Shown: positions 9,907 through 19,184 of the stretch, one piece after another
Numbering within the stretch: position 1 is the first letter of the stretch
Layout: each line of letters opens with the position of its first letter
Origin: Synergistales bacterium
Lineage (GTDB): Bacteria > Synergistota > Synergistia > Synergistales > JAFGMB01
DNA length: 64,000 nt
Direction of reading: 5' to 3'
Assembly (NCBI GenBank): GCA_963666205.1
Contig: OY762654.1
Coordinates: 256,001-320,000 of the forward strand
Position numbers and translations under genes: made by a program
Notes under the pieces: model-generated
Databases searched by the model: none
Told to the model about the DNA's origin: nothing
What the model saw: only the letters and a program-made list of their open reading frames with translations

Positions 9907-11313
9907 TTATTTCCTCCTTTTTCTGGACCGATCTTTTCTTTGCGTCCAGCCTTCAATATTACGCTGCTTTGCCCGCGACACAGCAAGTGCACCATTGGGA
10001 ACATCGCGGGTTATAACCGAACCGGCAGCAGTAAAGGTTTCATCTTCTATCGTAACAGGTGCAACAATAATAGTATCGCTCCCTATAAAAGACCTGTTGC
10101 CTATCCTGGTTACATGTTTTTCTAAGCCGTCGAAGTTACAGGTGATCGTACCGGCTCCTATATTCGTTTCATCGCCTATTGTAGCATCGCCGATGTATGA
10201 CAGGTGAGGGACTTTTGATGCCTTTCCAAGACTGCTTTTTTTAATCTCCACGAATTTTCCGACAAAAGAATCACGGGAGATCTCCGTTCCTTCCCTTATA
10301 AACGCAAAGGGTCCCAGTCTTGCATAAGGGCCAACCTTGCATTGATCGATTATCACATGACTCAATATCTCGACGTTCTCGTCGATGATTGAATCTGAGA
10401 TAATTGAATGACTTCCTATCCTGCTCCCTTTCCCTATGGAAGATTGCCCCCATATCTGTACAAAGGGTTCGATAAATACATCCTGATCCAATGACACGTC
10501 AGGCCCGATAAAGGTGCTTGCCGGATCCATAATTCTAACTCCTTTTAGCATATTGGATTTCAGGATCCTTTCCTTCATTAGTGCCGTTACTTCAGATAAT
10601 TGGATGGGGTCGTTGATACCAGACAGCTCAATACCGTTTTCGACATGATGAGGGATAACCTTCTTCCCGGCAATAGAGAGTATGGAAATCAGATCGGTAA
10701 GATAATACTCATTTTGTGAATTGGAGGCAGACAAGGATGAGATATGGTTGAGGAGGGCGGAAGTCCTGAAGATATAAATCCCAGCATTGACCTGGCGCAC
10801 CTGTTTTTGCAAGGTGTTTGCGTCTTTTTCTTCTACAATAAAAACATGACCTTCTGAATCGATGACCCTTCCATAACCAGCAGGGTCAAGTGGTTCAAAG
10901 GTAACAAAAGTACAGTCATTTTTATCTCGAAGGTGCTTTTCAACAAGTCTTCTGAGTGTTTTCTCACAAATGAGCGGCACATCACCCGGCAGAATAACGA
11001 TGTGGGAGAAGTTGGCAGACCAATCACACGATATCCTGACAGCGTGGCCGGTTCCAAGCTGCTCTTGCTGGTTGATAGTAGTGCATTCCTTCCAGTGGAG
11101 AGCAAGATAGTCTTCAACATCAGAGCCTCTATGACCTGTTACCACTGCAGAATTCTTGATATCGGCACCTCTGACCGCCCGAAGAATGTAATAAAGCATT
11201 GGCCGATCAAGGATAGGCTGAAGTACTTTAGGTAAATTACTTTGCATTCTCGTTCCCTTGCCAGCTCCAAGAATAAGTGCCCCGATGTCGTTATTATCAC
11301 TCAAAGTAATCAC
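9907..11313 (-). CDS. glmU: Bifunctional UDP-GlcNAc pyrophosphorylase / GlcN-1-P acetyltransferase
   Basis: GAGKGTRMQSNLPKVL, QLGTGHAV, EYYLTD, HLSYIGDA, NIGAGTITCNFDG, hexapeptide repeats. Confidence 0.96.
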   Translation of the reverse strand: MITLSDNNDIGALILGAGKGTRMQSNLPKVLQPILDRPMLYYILRAVRGADIKNSAVVTGHRGSDVEDYLALHWKECTTINQQEQLGTGHAVRISCDWSANFSHIVILPGDVPLICEKTLRRLVEKHLRDKNDCTFVTFEPLDPAGYGRVIDSEGHVFIVEEKDANTLQKQVRQVNAGIYIFRTSALLNHISSLSASNSQNEYYLTDLISILSIAGKKVIPHHVENGIELSGINDPIQLSEVTALMKERILKSNMLKGVRIMDPASTFIGPDVSLDQDVFIEPFVQIWGQSSIGKGSRIGSHSIISDSIIDENVEILSHVIIDQCKVGPYARLGPFAFIREGTEISRDSFVGKFVEIKKSSLGKASKVPHLSYIGDATIGDETNIGAGTITCNFDGLEKHVTRIGNRSFIGSDTIIVAPVTIEDETFTAAGSVITRDVPNGALAVSRAKQRNIEGWTQRKDRSRKRRK

Positions 11314-11363
11314 TCCCCGAAGGTTCCAGTGAAAGTCCCGTATTCTGTAGCATCAGGACAATA

Positions 11364-11395
11364 CAGAAAAACAGGGGGTCCGACTGGTACCCCCA
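11364..11395 (-). terminator. Probable intrinsic terminator after tRNA-Gln
   Basis: Minus strand GGGGGT-accagtcgg-ACCCCC followed by TGTTTTTCT. Confidence 0.6.
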
Positions 11396-11406
11396 CAAGA
11401 TTTCAA

Positions 11407-11481
11407 TGGCTGGGGTGGCTGGACTCGAACCAGCGATCACGGAGTCAAAGTCCGTTGCCTTGCCGACTTGGCTACACCCCA
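11407..11481 (-). tRNA. tRNA-Gln(TTG)
   Basis: Reverse complement TGGGGTGTAGCCAAGTCGGCAAGGCAACGGACTTTGACTCCGTGATCGCTGGTTCGAGTCCAGCCACCCCAGCCA. Anticodon arm ACGGA-CTTTGAC-TCCGT; CCA encoded. Confidence 0.97.
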
Positions 11482-11498
11482 ATAGCTTGCGAAATAAT

Positions 11499-11526
11499 AT
11501 AGTAACATGGCTTATAAGTCTGTCAA
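11499..11526 (-). promoter_or_regulatory. sigma70-type promoter of tRNA-Gln
   Basis: TTGACA-16 nt-TACTAT with extended TG, ending 17 nt before the tRNA. Confidence 0.7.
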
Positions 11527-11540
11527 GTTCAAGATATAAT
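11512..11540 (+). promoter_or_regulatory. Possible divergent promoter for the plus-strand gene trio, overlapping the tRNA promoter
   Basis: TTATAA-17 nt-TATAAT about 65 nt before the ORF at 11605. Confidence 0.45.
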
Positions 11541-11604
11541 CTTTAAGTTAACATTATGTCATAAAGTACCTGCGAAGTTTCTTATCACTGCTCGACAGGA
11601 TGAT

Positions 11605-11922
11605 GTGATTATGAAGACAGTAATGCTTTATCTGGAGACACCAACATCATATACATATATATTCCTGCTAACAGTAATAGCTTCAGGGGCAGCAACTGTA
11701 GCATGTATAATTGGTATGCGCTCCAGGGAAAAAGGTGTCCTATATTTTCTATACAGCATACTTATTCTTTTCTTTCTTTCTGTAACCGTATTTATTGTGG
11801 TAATTGTACAAAACCTGTTCGCCCTGGTAACTCTTATCCCTGCCGGTATAATATTAACCTACGCTGTCATATATTCAAAGATGAAAGATAAGGATGACAG
11901 AAGATCCGGAACCAACAAATAA
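11605..11922 (+). CDS. Small membrane protein with about 3 TM helices, unknown function
   Basis: 105-aa ORF with three hydrophobic stretches and a basic C-terminal tail. Confidence 0.7.
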   Translation: MIMKTVMLYLETPTSYTYIFLLTVIASGAATVACIIGMRSREKGVLYFLYSILILFFLSVTVFIVVIVQNLFALVTLIPAGIILTYAVIYSKMKDKDDRRSGTNK

Positions 11923-11999
11923 TTAATACTAACAGGTATTCATAAAACAACAATATCTTTTTTATCTGGATCAGATGAAAATGGAAGGGCTGGGAATCC

Positions 12000-12515
12000 A
12001 TGGCAGTATTTCTTATCGCAAGTATAATGCTTTATGGCCCCTATCTCTGGTGCCATTTAACTTCAGAAAATTATTCAGATTATGGAATTCAGTGGAGTTT
12101 AAGTTCTAAAGATCTTAAAATCGTTTTCATACTGATTCTTGCAACCCTTATCCCTTTAACCATAGTTGCGATGAATTGGCCTGGTCAATCCTTGCCTAGA
12201 ACAGTTTCTATGGAAAGAACAGTCACCCTGGCTCTTTCCGGCATTGTTGCTGCTATCGTTGAAGAAACCTTTTACAGGGGATGGCTTTTTACCCTTGTCC
12301 GTCGAAGATTCGGATCATGGAAAACCATCTTGATTGTGTCTGCCATCTTCGCCCTTTCGCACCTGTTCCTTAAGATTCATGTTTTACGATTTGCTACTTT
12401 TTTCCCTGGATTGATAATGGGGTTTCTCAGGGAAAAAAGCAAAAATATACTTCCGGGGATGATATATCATGGAATCGGTAACATATGGTCTATATGGTTT
12501 TTCCCAGGTATGTAA
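12000..12515 (+). CDS. CPBP (Abi/CAAX type II) intramembrane glutamic protease, myxosortase (Mrt)-like
   Basis: EETFYRG, FALSH, RFATFFPGLIMGFLREK, HGIGN. Confidence 0.85.
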   Translation: MAVFLIASIMLYGPYLWCHLTSENYSDYGIQWSLSSKDLKIVFILILATLIPLTIVAMNWPGQSLPRTVSMERTVTLALSGIVAAIVEETFYRGWLFTLVRRRFGSWKTILIVSAIFALSHLFLKIHVLRFATFFPGLIMGFLREKSKNILPGMIYHGIGNIWSIWFFPGM

Positions 12516-13614
12516 GAGCCATTCGACGTCTGATAATTCATATCTGAGTTATTTTACAAGAATTCTTCTGATAACATTATGTTATCTCTTTTTTACCTAT
12601 GGTTCATCCTGGGCTGCTGATATTGAGTATTCTATAGTGGTACCGTGTCACATAGACGGCCAGGTTTATATCCGATATTCTGACGGGACAGTTACCCAGA
12701 TCGGGAAGGTCCTGGCAGTTCCCCAATCCTCCAGATGGCCCAGTTATACTGCAAGCAAATGGGCAGAAGCTGGTACAGTGTGCGCATGCGCTGTAAATGC
12801 TATACATGTCCTTGTTTCAGTAGAAAAAGGACAGGGTCGAACAATCAGCATATTACCGAAAGAAACGTTTGCACCTGCATCCGGAAAAGGGAACGCATTC
12901 GTTGTCGAAACTAAAGCCGGAACGACCATTTTTGGTGCTTTTTCACCAGTTGTTGGCTCAAAGATATCTCTTATAGACCATACTGGACTGGAAAGGCCCT
13001 TTAAGGTTTCAGAATTATCCCGTAAGGGCAATTCCCTTGTTATAAATGTGCCAGAAACAGGTAAGTTTTTCGTCATGGATATAGAGAACCGACCTGGCGG
13101 ACGTGTTCTTATCTGGGATGATCAGGGAGTACATACAATGGCAAGGGTTATACGGCCACTTGGCGGAGTCGGACGATTCGGTGGTACACAGTTTCAGAAT
13201 ACAGGAAGAATAAGGGCTAATCATACGGGAGTTATTGACATAAGCACTTCACCCTATGGTTCAATTGGCGGATTTCAGATAATTCCCTTGATCCATGCCT
13301 TTTCCACCGAAATGATAAACAGTTGGAAGCTCACCCAGTGGATGATCATTTCATCAACTGACACAGAGATTTCCCTTGCAGGTCAGGCTCCCCTTTTTTC
13401 CGGAAACCTGGTTACAGGTACACAGACGGGGGAACAACTCAGAAATCTCTGGTCTACATATGGACGGAAACCATTGTCATTATGCAGGCTAAATGGAGGA
13501 AAGTGGCAAAGATTGCCTGATCACACAGGCAGGGATGATGCCGCCCTGAAGGAGCTTACCCATCTCCGGCTCTATTTCCCGGTAAACAGGGAACCCCTTG
13601 CTTATCTAAACTAG
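12469..13614 (+). CDS. Exported hypothetical protein with an apparent internal two-domain duplication; start codon uncertain
   Basis: Long ORF with a signal-peptide-like segment RILLITLCYLFFTYGSSWA; the two halves align by eye. Confidence 0.75.
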   Translation: MESVTYGLYGFSQVCKSHSTSDNSYLSYFTRILLITLCYLFFTYGSSWAADIEYSIVVPCHIDGQVYIRYSDGTVTQIGKVLAVPQSSRWPSYTASKWAEAGTVCACAVNAIHVLVSVEKGQGRTISILPKETFAPASGKGNAFVVETKAGTTIFGAFSPVVGSKISLIDHTGLERPFKVSELSRKGNSLVINVPETGKFFVMDIENRPGGRVLIWDDQGVHTMARVIRPLGGVGRFGGTQFQNTGRIRANHTGVIDISTSPYGSIGGFQIIPLIHAFSTEMINSWKLTQWMIISSTDTEISLAGQAPLFSGNLVTGTQTGEQLRNLWSTYGRKPLSLCRLNGGKWQRLPDHTGRDDAALKELTHLRLYFPVNREPLAYLN

Positions 13615-13639
13615 AGGGGCGAAGTGTAGCTTCGCCCCT
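13615..13639. terminator. Hairpin between convergent genes (hypothetical / glmS)
   Basis: AGGGGCGAAG-tgtag-CTTCGCCCCT, perfect 10-bp stem; weak U tails. Confidence 0.65.
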
Positions 13640-13649
13640 GTGCATATAT

Positions 13650-15476
13650 TCATTCAACAGTTACACTTTTCGCAAGGTTTCTGGGTTGGTCGATGTCACA
13701 ACCCCTTTGCCTGGCGACATAATAGGCAAAAAGCTGCAGAGGGATAACTGTAAGAAAAGGCGTAAGATCACTCTCGGTTTCGGGTACTGAAACTGAAGCT
13801 TCTGCATTTTGCTGCGATATCACATCCCCTTCAGTTATTACAGAAATAATGGGCGCTTTTCTTGCTCTGGCTTCCTGTATATTAGAGAGAGTTTTATCAT
13901 ATAGTCCATCCCTGGGGTTAATAACTACCACAGGAACTTCAGGATCAAGCAGGGCAATTGGTCCATGTTTCATTTCACCAGCTGCATAGGCTTCAGCGTG
14001 AATATATGATATCTCCTTGAGTTTAAGAGCCCCTTCCATGGCTATAGGAAAGGAAAGTCCCCTTCCAAGAAATAGAAAATTACGGGAATCAGCAAATTTC
14101 TCGGCCAGAGTTCTGATCTCCTCATGTTTCATTAGTACTGTTTCGATCTTATACGGTAGATTGACAAATTCATTCAGAAATCTTTGTTCTTGAGATGTGG
14201 AAAGGGTCCCTCTCTGTTTACCAAGGAAGAGAGCAAGAAGATAAAGTACCGCAAGTTGTCCGGAGAATGTTTTAGTAGCCGCTACACCAATCTCCGGTCC
14301 TGCCATAAGTTGGAGGACATGGTCAACCTCTCTGGCCAGAGTGGAATTCGGGTTGTTAGTAACAGCGATACAGGTTGCTCCGGATTTCTTTACAAGTCTC
14401 TCTGCAGCAAGAGTATCAGCCGTTTCACCGGATTGAGACACAAAAACAGCGAGAGTATCCTTGCCCGTCACAATACTGCGATATCTGTATTCTGAAGCAA
14501 TATCAACCCGAATATCAAGATCAGTAATATTTTCCATAAAACGTTCTGCGACAAGTGATGCGTAGTAAGAGGTCCCACAGGCGATTATGTGTACTTTCTT
14601 CAGTTCGGCAACTTCTGCAAGGCTTATCGTCAATTCCGCAGAAAGATCTATTCCTGAAGAACTGATCCTATGAGACAGGGTATCCCGCAGTACACGGCTC
14701 TGCTCATTGATCTCTTTAAGCATAAAGTGAGGATATCCACATTTGTCAACCATGGATACATCCCAGTCAACACGGCATACATCCTTAAATATCTTTTCTC
14801 CCCTACTATTCCACGTTTTAATACCCCCGGCAGAAAGTTCCGCGATATCACCATCGTCGAGGTAGATAAAATCCTTGGTGTAGGGCAAAAGGGCAGGAAC
14901 ATCAGATGCACAAAAAGATTCTCCTTCTCCTATGCCAAGTACAAGAGGCGACCCTTTTCTGATGCAGTATATCCTGTCCGCCTCTTCTCTCATGAGTATA
15001 GCCATTGCATAGGAACCTTCCAGTCTCGAACTTAGTTCAACAAGTGAGGAGACAGCATCTCCCTGGTGGATCTGGCCAAGTAATTGGGCTATAACCTCTG
15101 TATCGGTTTCAGTAGTGAAGGAAACACCACTGCATTCAAGTTCTGCCTTGAGTTCCAGAAAGTTCTCCACTATTCCATTATGGACAAGGGTTACATTTTT
15201 CCTCAGATCTGTATGAGGGTGAGCATTCAGGGATGTCACACCCCCATGAGTAGCCCATCTGGTATGACCGATCCCCTGGTGGCCACAAGGTTTCATTGAA
15301 GCGACAAGTTTTTCCAGATCAGAAACCTTACCCACTTCTTTCTGAATGCCAATAGCGCCATTGTCCCTTATAGCTATTCCCGCAGAATCATAGCCTCTGT
15401 ATTCCAGTCTGTGCATACCATCCAGCAGCACATCAGAGGCATTTCTATATCCGATATAACCAACTATTCCACACAT
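13650..15476 (-). CDS. glmS: Glutamine--fructose-6-phosphate aminotransferase
   Basis: True start is MCGIVG at 15476. RLEYRGYDSAG, GHTRWATHG, SQSGETAD, C-terminal DQPRNLAKSVTVE. Confidence 0.98.
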   Translation of the reverse strand: MCGIVGYIGYRNASDVLLDGMHRLEYRGYDSAGIAIRDNGAIGIQKEVGKVSDLEKLVASMKPCGHQGIGHTRWATHGGVTSLNAHPHTDLRKNVTLVHNGIVENFLELKAELECSGVSFTTETDTEVIAQLLGQIHQGDAVSSLVELSSRLEGSYAMAILMREEADRIYCIRKGSPLVLGIGEGESFCASDVPALLPYTKDFIYLDDGDIAELSAGGIKTWNSRGEKIFKDVCRVDWDVSMVDKCGYPHFMLKEINEQSRVLRDTLSHRISSSGIDLSAELTISLAEVAELKKVHIIACGTSYYASLVAERFMENITDLDIRVDIASEYRYRSIVTGKDTLAVFVSQSGETADTLAAERLVKKSGATCIAVTNNPNSTLAREVDHVLQLMAGPEIGVAATKTFSGQLAVLYLLALFLGKQRGTLSTSQEQRFLNEFVNLPYKIETVLMKHEEIRTLAEKFADSRNFLFLGRGLSFPIAMEGALKLKEISYIHAEAYAAGEMKHGPIALLDPEVPVVVINPRDGLYDKTLSNIQEARARKAPIISVITEGDVISQQNAEASVSVPETESDLTPFLTVIPLQLFAYYVARQRGCDIDQPRNLAKSVTVE

Positions 15477-15520
15477 GGTATGGGGTAAAGACACCGCCTT
15501 CCAATTGAACCACGAGAGCA

Positions 15521-15660
15521 CATGCCCCTTTGTCCCAATGATCGCTCATTGGTTTTACTGGCATGTTTATGGGTTTCTCTCCAACACCCCGGGGTATCCG
15601 CCGATTATTCGATAAACCCCGACCTCGTTAACTGGCTGCTGCCAGTCCAGGCGCTTCCAA
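15521..15660 (-). ncRNA. glmS ribozyme (GlcN6P-dependent self-cleaving riboswitch)
   Basis: Minus strand AGCGCCTGGACTGGC-AGCA-GCCAGTTAACGAGGTCGGGGTTTATCGAATAATCGGCGGATACCCCG...CATGCC...AAAACCAATGA-GCGA-TCATTGG-GACAAAGGGGCATG matches the core, P1 and P4/P4.1 of the known family. It lies directly 5' of glmS. Confidence 0.95.
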
Positions 15661-15673
15661 CTATGCGCTGTCA

Positions 15674-16549
15674 TTAACAATTATGTTCAAGTGCTTTTAG
15701 AACCACCTCCCTGAATTCCGGGATTCTCATGGAAAGTGAAACAAATGTATAGAGCCAACCTTTAGGTGTTCCGCAATCGAACCTTTGACCGTCATATATG
15801 AACCCCCAAAGAGGTTCCTCTTTTAGCAGTTCTCTTAGGGCATCCGTGAGTTGATACTCTCCCCCAGCACCCTTGACTGAGTTTTTCAGAATTCTAAATA
15901 TAGTTGGAGAAAGAACATATCTACCCATAACTGCCAGATCGCTGGGGGCCTTATCCGGTTCAGGCTTTTCTATCAGGTCTATTATCTTGAATATACCTGG
16001 TTCTACTTCCTCTGAAGCCAAAACTATCCCATATCGGGACACTTCTTCAGGCCTGACCCTTTCAAGAGCGATAACACTTCCTCCAAAACGTTCATGGACT
16101 CCGATGAGCTGTGAAAGGACTGGATCGGGGGATATCATCACATCGTCAGGAAGTATAACTCCAAAGTATTCGCCTCTACAAAATGGTTCTCCACATAAAA
16201 CTGCATGTCCAAGTCCCAAAGGTATTGACTGTCTGGCGTAAGTGAAATTCGCCATTTCAGAAATGGAACATACAGTCTGGTACAAATCGTCTTTGTTCCT
16301 TTCCAGTAGCAGGGTTTCCAATTCCCACGAGCGGTCAAAATAATCCTCAATCGCTCTTTTGGTCCTTCCAGTGATGAAAATAACATCTTTACATCCAGAA
16401 TCTACAGCCTCACTTACTCCGTAATGTATGAGTGGTCTATCAATAAGAGGAAGCATTTCCTTGGGAATTTCCTTGGTGGCTGGAAGGAATCGTGTTCCTA
16501 ATCCACCCACAGGAAACAGACATTTAGTTATCTTGGCATAATGATCCAA
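15674..16549 (-). CDS. galU: UTP--glucose-1-phosphate uridylyltransferase
   Basis: PVGGLGTRFLPATKEIPKEMLP, LGLGHAVL, IEKP, GEYQLTDA, RFDCG. Start taken as TTG at 16549 after GGAGG. Confidence 0.94.
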   Translation of the reverse strand: MDHYAKITKCLFPVGGLGTRFLPATKEIPKEMLPLIDRPLIHYGVSEAVDSGCKDVIFITGRTKRAIEDYFDRSWELETLLLERNKDDLYQTVCSISEMANFTYARQSIPLGLGHAVLCGEPFCRGEYFGVILPDDVMISPDPVLSQLIGVHERFGGSVIALERVRPEEVSRYGIVLASEEVEPGIFKIIDLIEKPEPDKAPSDLAVMGRYVLSPTIFRILKNSVKGAGGEYQLTDALRELLKEEPLWGFIYDGQRFDCGTPKGWLYTFVSLSMRIPEFREVVLKALEHNC

Positions 16550-16570
16550 AATCCAACCTCCCTGCAAGTT

Positions 16571-17938
16571 TCAACTTATGAGTGAATTGATACATCCCAC
16601 AAGTTCTTCAGCAACCAGGTTTACAAGTTCTCTGTCTTTGGCCTCAACAAGAACCCTCACAAGGGGTTCAGTTCCGGAGGGCCTTATGAAAATACGACCC
16701 TTACCTTCCAGCGTTCTGGAAGCCTGTTCGATGACATTCTTCAGATTCGGGCTATCAAGGAGTGTTTTTATATCAGGAACAAACACATTACGTAGTGATT
16801 GAGGATATCGATCAAAACGATCAATAAGCGTATCTATGTTTTCGCCGAGTTCAATACAGGCCCTCAAAAAGAGAAACCCTGTGCATAATCCATCTCCTGT
16901 AGTGGTATAGTCTGAAAGTATCACGTGGCCTGATTGCTCTCCTCCGATCCTTGAACTTTCCGAGATCATAGTCTGAAACACGTATCTGTCTCCAACTGGA
17001 CATCTGAAAACCTTGATTCCTTCTTTATTTAAATGGTCTTCTAGGGCAAGGTTACTCATAACAGTTGCAGTTACTCCAGAACCAAGCCTTTCTTTGTTTC
17101 TAAGCCATCGTCCAAGTACCCAAAGCATTATATCCCCATCAATATGTCTGCCTTTGGAATCAACTATCTGGACCCTATCCGCATCCCCATCATATGCAAA
17201 GCCCAGATGAGCTTTTTTGGTGATAACCTTAGCTGAAAGGTACTCCAGATCCATAACCCCAACACCATCATTTATGTTAAGACCATCAGGATCAGCCCCA
17301 TATAATTCCCAGTTTCGAGGAAGGAAGGTCAAAAGGTATTTCATGGTATCTGAAGCAGCGCCATGAGCTGTATCGAAAACACATTTGAATCTGGATAAAG
17401 GGAGATCCTGTAAAAGGGAAAGAAGCCATGCTGCATAGGACGAATGTATATCTTCCCTTGCAATGATCTTGCCTATGGATGCACCTGTAGGGCGCCAGTC
17501 ATCTAGAAAGTTATCCCCAAGGTAATCCTCTATACAGGCCTCATCGTCATCCGAGAGTTTTCTTCCATTCCTGTCGAGAAATTTAATACCATTGTATTCG
17601 GCAGGGTTGTGTGAAGCACTGATTACAACTCCTCCCTGAACTTCATGTTCCCGGACTGCATAGCTGACTTCAGGTGTAGGTGCTACTCCCAGAGTCATAA
17701 CTTCTGCCCCGGCAGAAGCAAGGCCGGATGAAAGTGCAGCCTCAAGCATTTGACCTGATCGCCTGGTATCTCTTCCAACCATAATGTCAGGCCTGGGAAC
17801 ACCTTTTTCAGTAAGAAAAAGGACATATGCACGCCCGAGACGGAGAGCCATCTCCGGCGTCATAACACCTCTATTGGCAACATCCCTGACCCCATCAGTT
17901 CCGAAAAGACACCGTATCTTTTTTTCCTCTATTTCCAA
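16571..17938 (-). CDS. glmM: Phosphoglucosamine mutase
   Basis: FGTDGVR, ISASHNP, DGDADR, GGEQSGH, RPSGTEP; follows cdaA-cdaR. Start approximate (TTG 17938). Confidence 0.94.
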   Translation of the reverse strand: MEIEEKKIRCLFGTDGVRDVANRGVMTPEMALRLGRAYVLFLTEKGVPRPDIMVGRDTRRSGQMLEAALSSGLASAGAEVMTLGVAPTPEVSYAVREHEVQGGVVISASHNPAEYNGIKFLDRNGRKLSDDDEACIEDYLGDNFLDDWRPTGASIGKIIAREDIHSSYAAWLLSLLQDLPLSRFKCVFDTAHGAASDTMKYLLTFLPRNWELYGADPDGLNINDGVGVMDLEYLSAKVITKKAHLGFAYDGDADRVQIVDSKGRHIDGDIMLWVLGRWLRNKERLGSGVTATVMSNLALEDHLNKEGIKVFRCPVGDRYVFQTMISESSRIGGEQSGHVILSDYTTTGDGLCTGFLFLRACIELGENIDTLIDRFDRYPQSLRNVFVPDIKTLLDSPNLKNVIEQASRTLEGKGRIFIRPSGTEPLVRVLVEAKDRELVNLVAEELVGCINSLIS

Positions 17939-17951
17939 AACTTTCACCCGC

Positions 17952-19184
17952 CTAATCGATGTCAGCCTTAACGGATACTTTGGATGGCATGACGCTGACA
18001 ACCTTTATTTGTTTACTCCGGGATCGGACCTGAACTGGAACGATCAGTTTCTTTGATACAAAGTTTGTTACGTTTACGTAGGCTTCAAGAAGATCTGTCT
18101 GGCCTTCAATGGTATCGATATCTGAAGGTTTCCCTTCCAGTATAACTGCCACAGAGTCAGGTTCAACTGTCCAGGAAGGGTAGACACTGGATCCTTCCAC
18201 CATAACAGGAATCCCGGAGATCTGTCTTGTCACGGTAAAGGGTTTAAGTTTAACCTTTATCATAATGGAAGTATCGGAAATGATCCTGACATTTTTCTCT
18301 TTGAGGGGTTCCAGGGGAAGAACGACCTGCTGATCTTGTGAAATACCTGAAATATCATAAAGAGGAGTGCTTATTTCATTGACCTGTTTCAACACTTCAC
18401 CCGGACCTTCTACCTGAATTTGTGCTGGCTCAACTATTACTGTATCCACTCTGAAATCATCCTGTGGATCTCCTATTATTTCAACTTTTACAGGTATTTC
18501 TTTTTTTGGAGTTCCCTGGGCAAGAATGGCGCTTAAACTGATAGTGTCAGGATCTAATTCAAGCTCAGCTGATATATTCTCGTCAGATATAATCTGTACA
18601 GGAAGTTGAAGAATACCTCCAGCCTTCAACTGATCGAGCGTGGGCTCAACTCGAAGAGCCTTAACTTTGGAAACCAGGCTTTCTTCTCCCTTTATGGTAA
18701 TCTCTTTTGGTGTTACATGAACAGACTCCAGAAACAGGCCTGAAGGAATTCCTTCCTTGACATTTACCGTTACAGGAAGGGATCTTTCTATATATCTCAC
18801 TAGTTCGAACTCAACCTGTTCAGGTTCAATATCGACAAGTTTTACTTCCGTGGGAACAGTAGTTCTAACTGCAAGCTTGTACCTGCCTACATCCAGGCCC
18901 TTAAGATTAGCTTCACAAATAATCTTGTCCAGGGGAAGATCAGTGAAGACCTTTCTCTGACCTGAAATCTGCACTACCACTTCCTTACTCTGGTTAACAA
19001 GCATTGTATGAACCGGCAGGTTGATATACTGCACGGGACATCTAATGGAACGCACAGTTTCTGATGCTCTGTCACCCGCAACATAGAACCAGAGGATACA
19101 TGCTACCATCAAAGCCACAACTCTGAGAAGCAGATTGGAAGAAAAGAGTTTATCAAGATATTCTATTTTTCCCATCAGGATCAT
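17952..19184 (-). CDS. cdaR: YbbR-domain regulator of diadenylate cyclase
   Basis: N-terminal TM (LWFYV) followed by repeated YbbR-like domains (PxxVxVxG); lies between cdaA and glmM. Confidence 0.88.
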   Translation of the reverse strand: MILMGKIEYLDKLFSSNLLLRVVALMVACILWFYVAGDRASETVRSIRCPVQYINLPVHTMLVNQSKEVVVQISGQRKVFTDLPLDKIICEANLKGLDVGRYKLAVRTTVPTEVKLVDIEPEQVEFELVRYIERSLPVTVNVKEGIPSGLFLESVHVTPKEITIKGEESLVSKVKALRVEPTLDQLKAGGILQLPVQIISDENISAELELDPDTISLSAILAQGTPKKEIPVKVEIIGDPQDDFRVDTVIVEPAQIQVEGPGEVLKQVNEISTPLYDISGISQDQQVVLPLEPLKEKNVRIISDTSIMIKVKLKPFTVTRQISGIPVMVEGSSVYPSWTVEPDSVAVILEGKPSDIDTIEGQTDLLEAYVNVTNFVSKKLIVPVQVRSRSKQIKVVSVMPSKVSVKADID

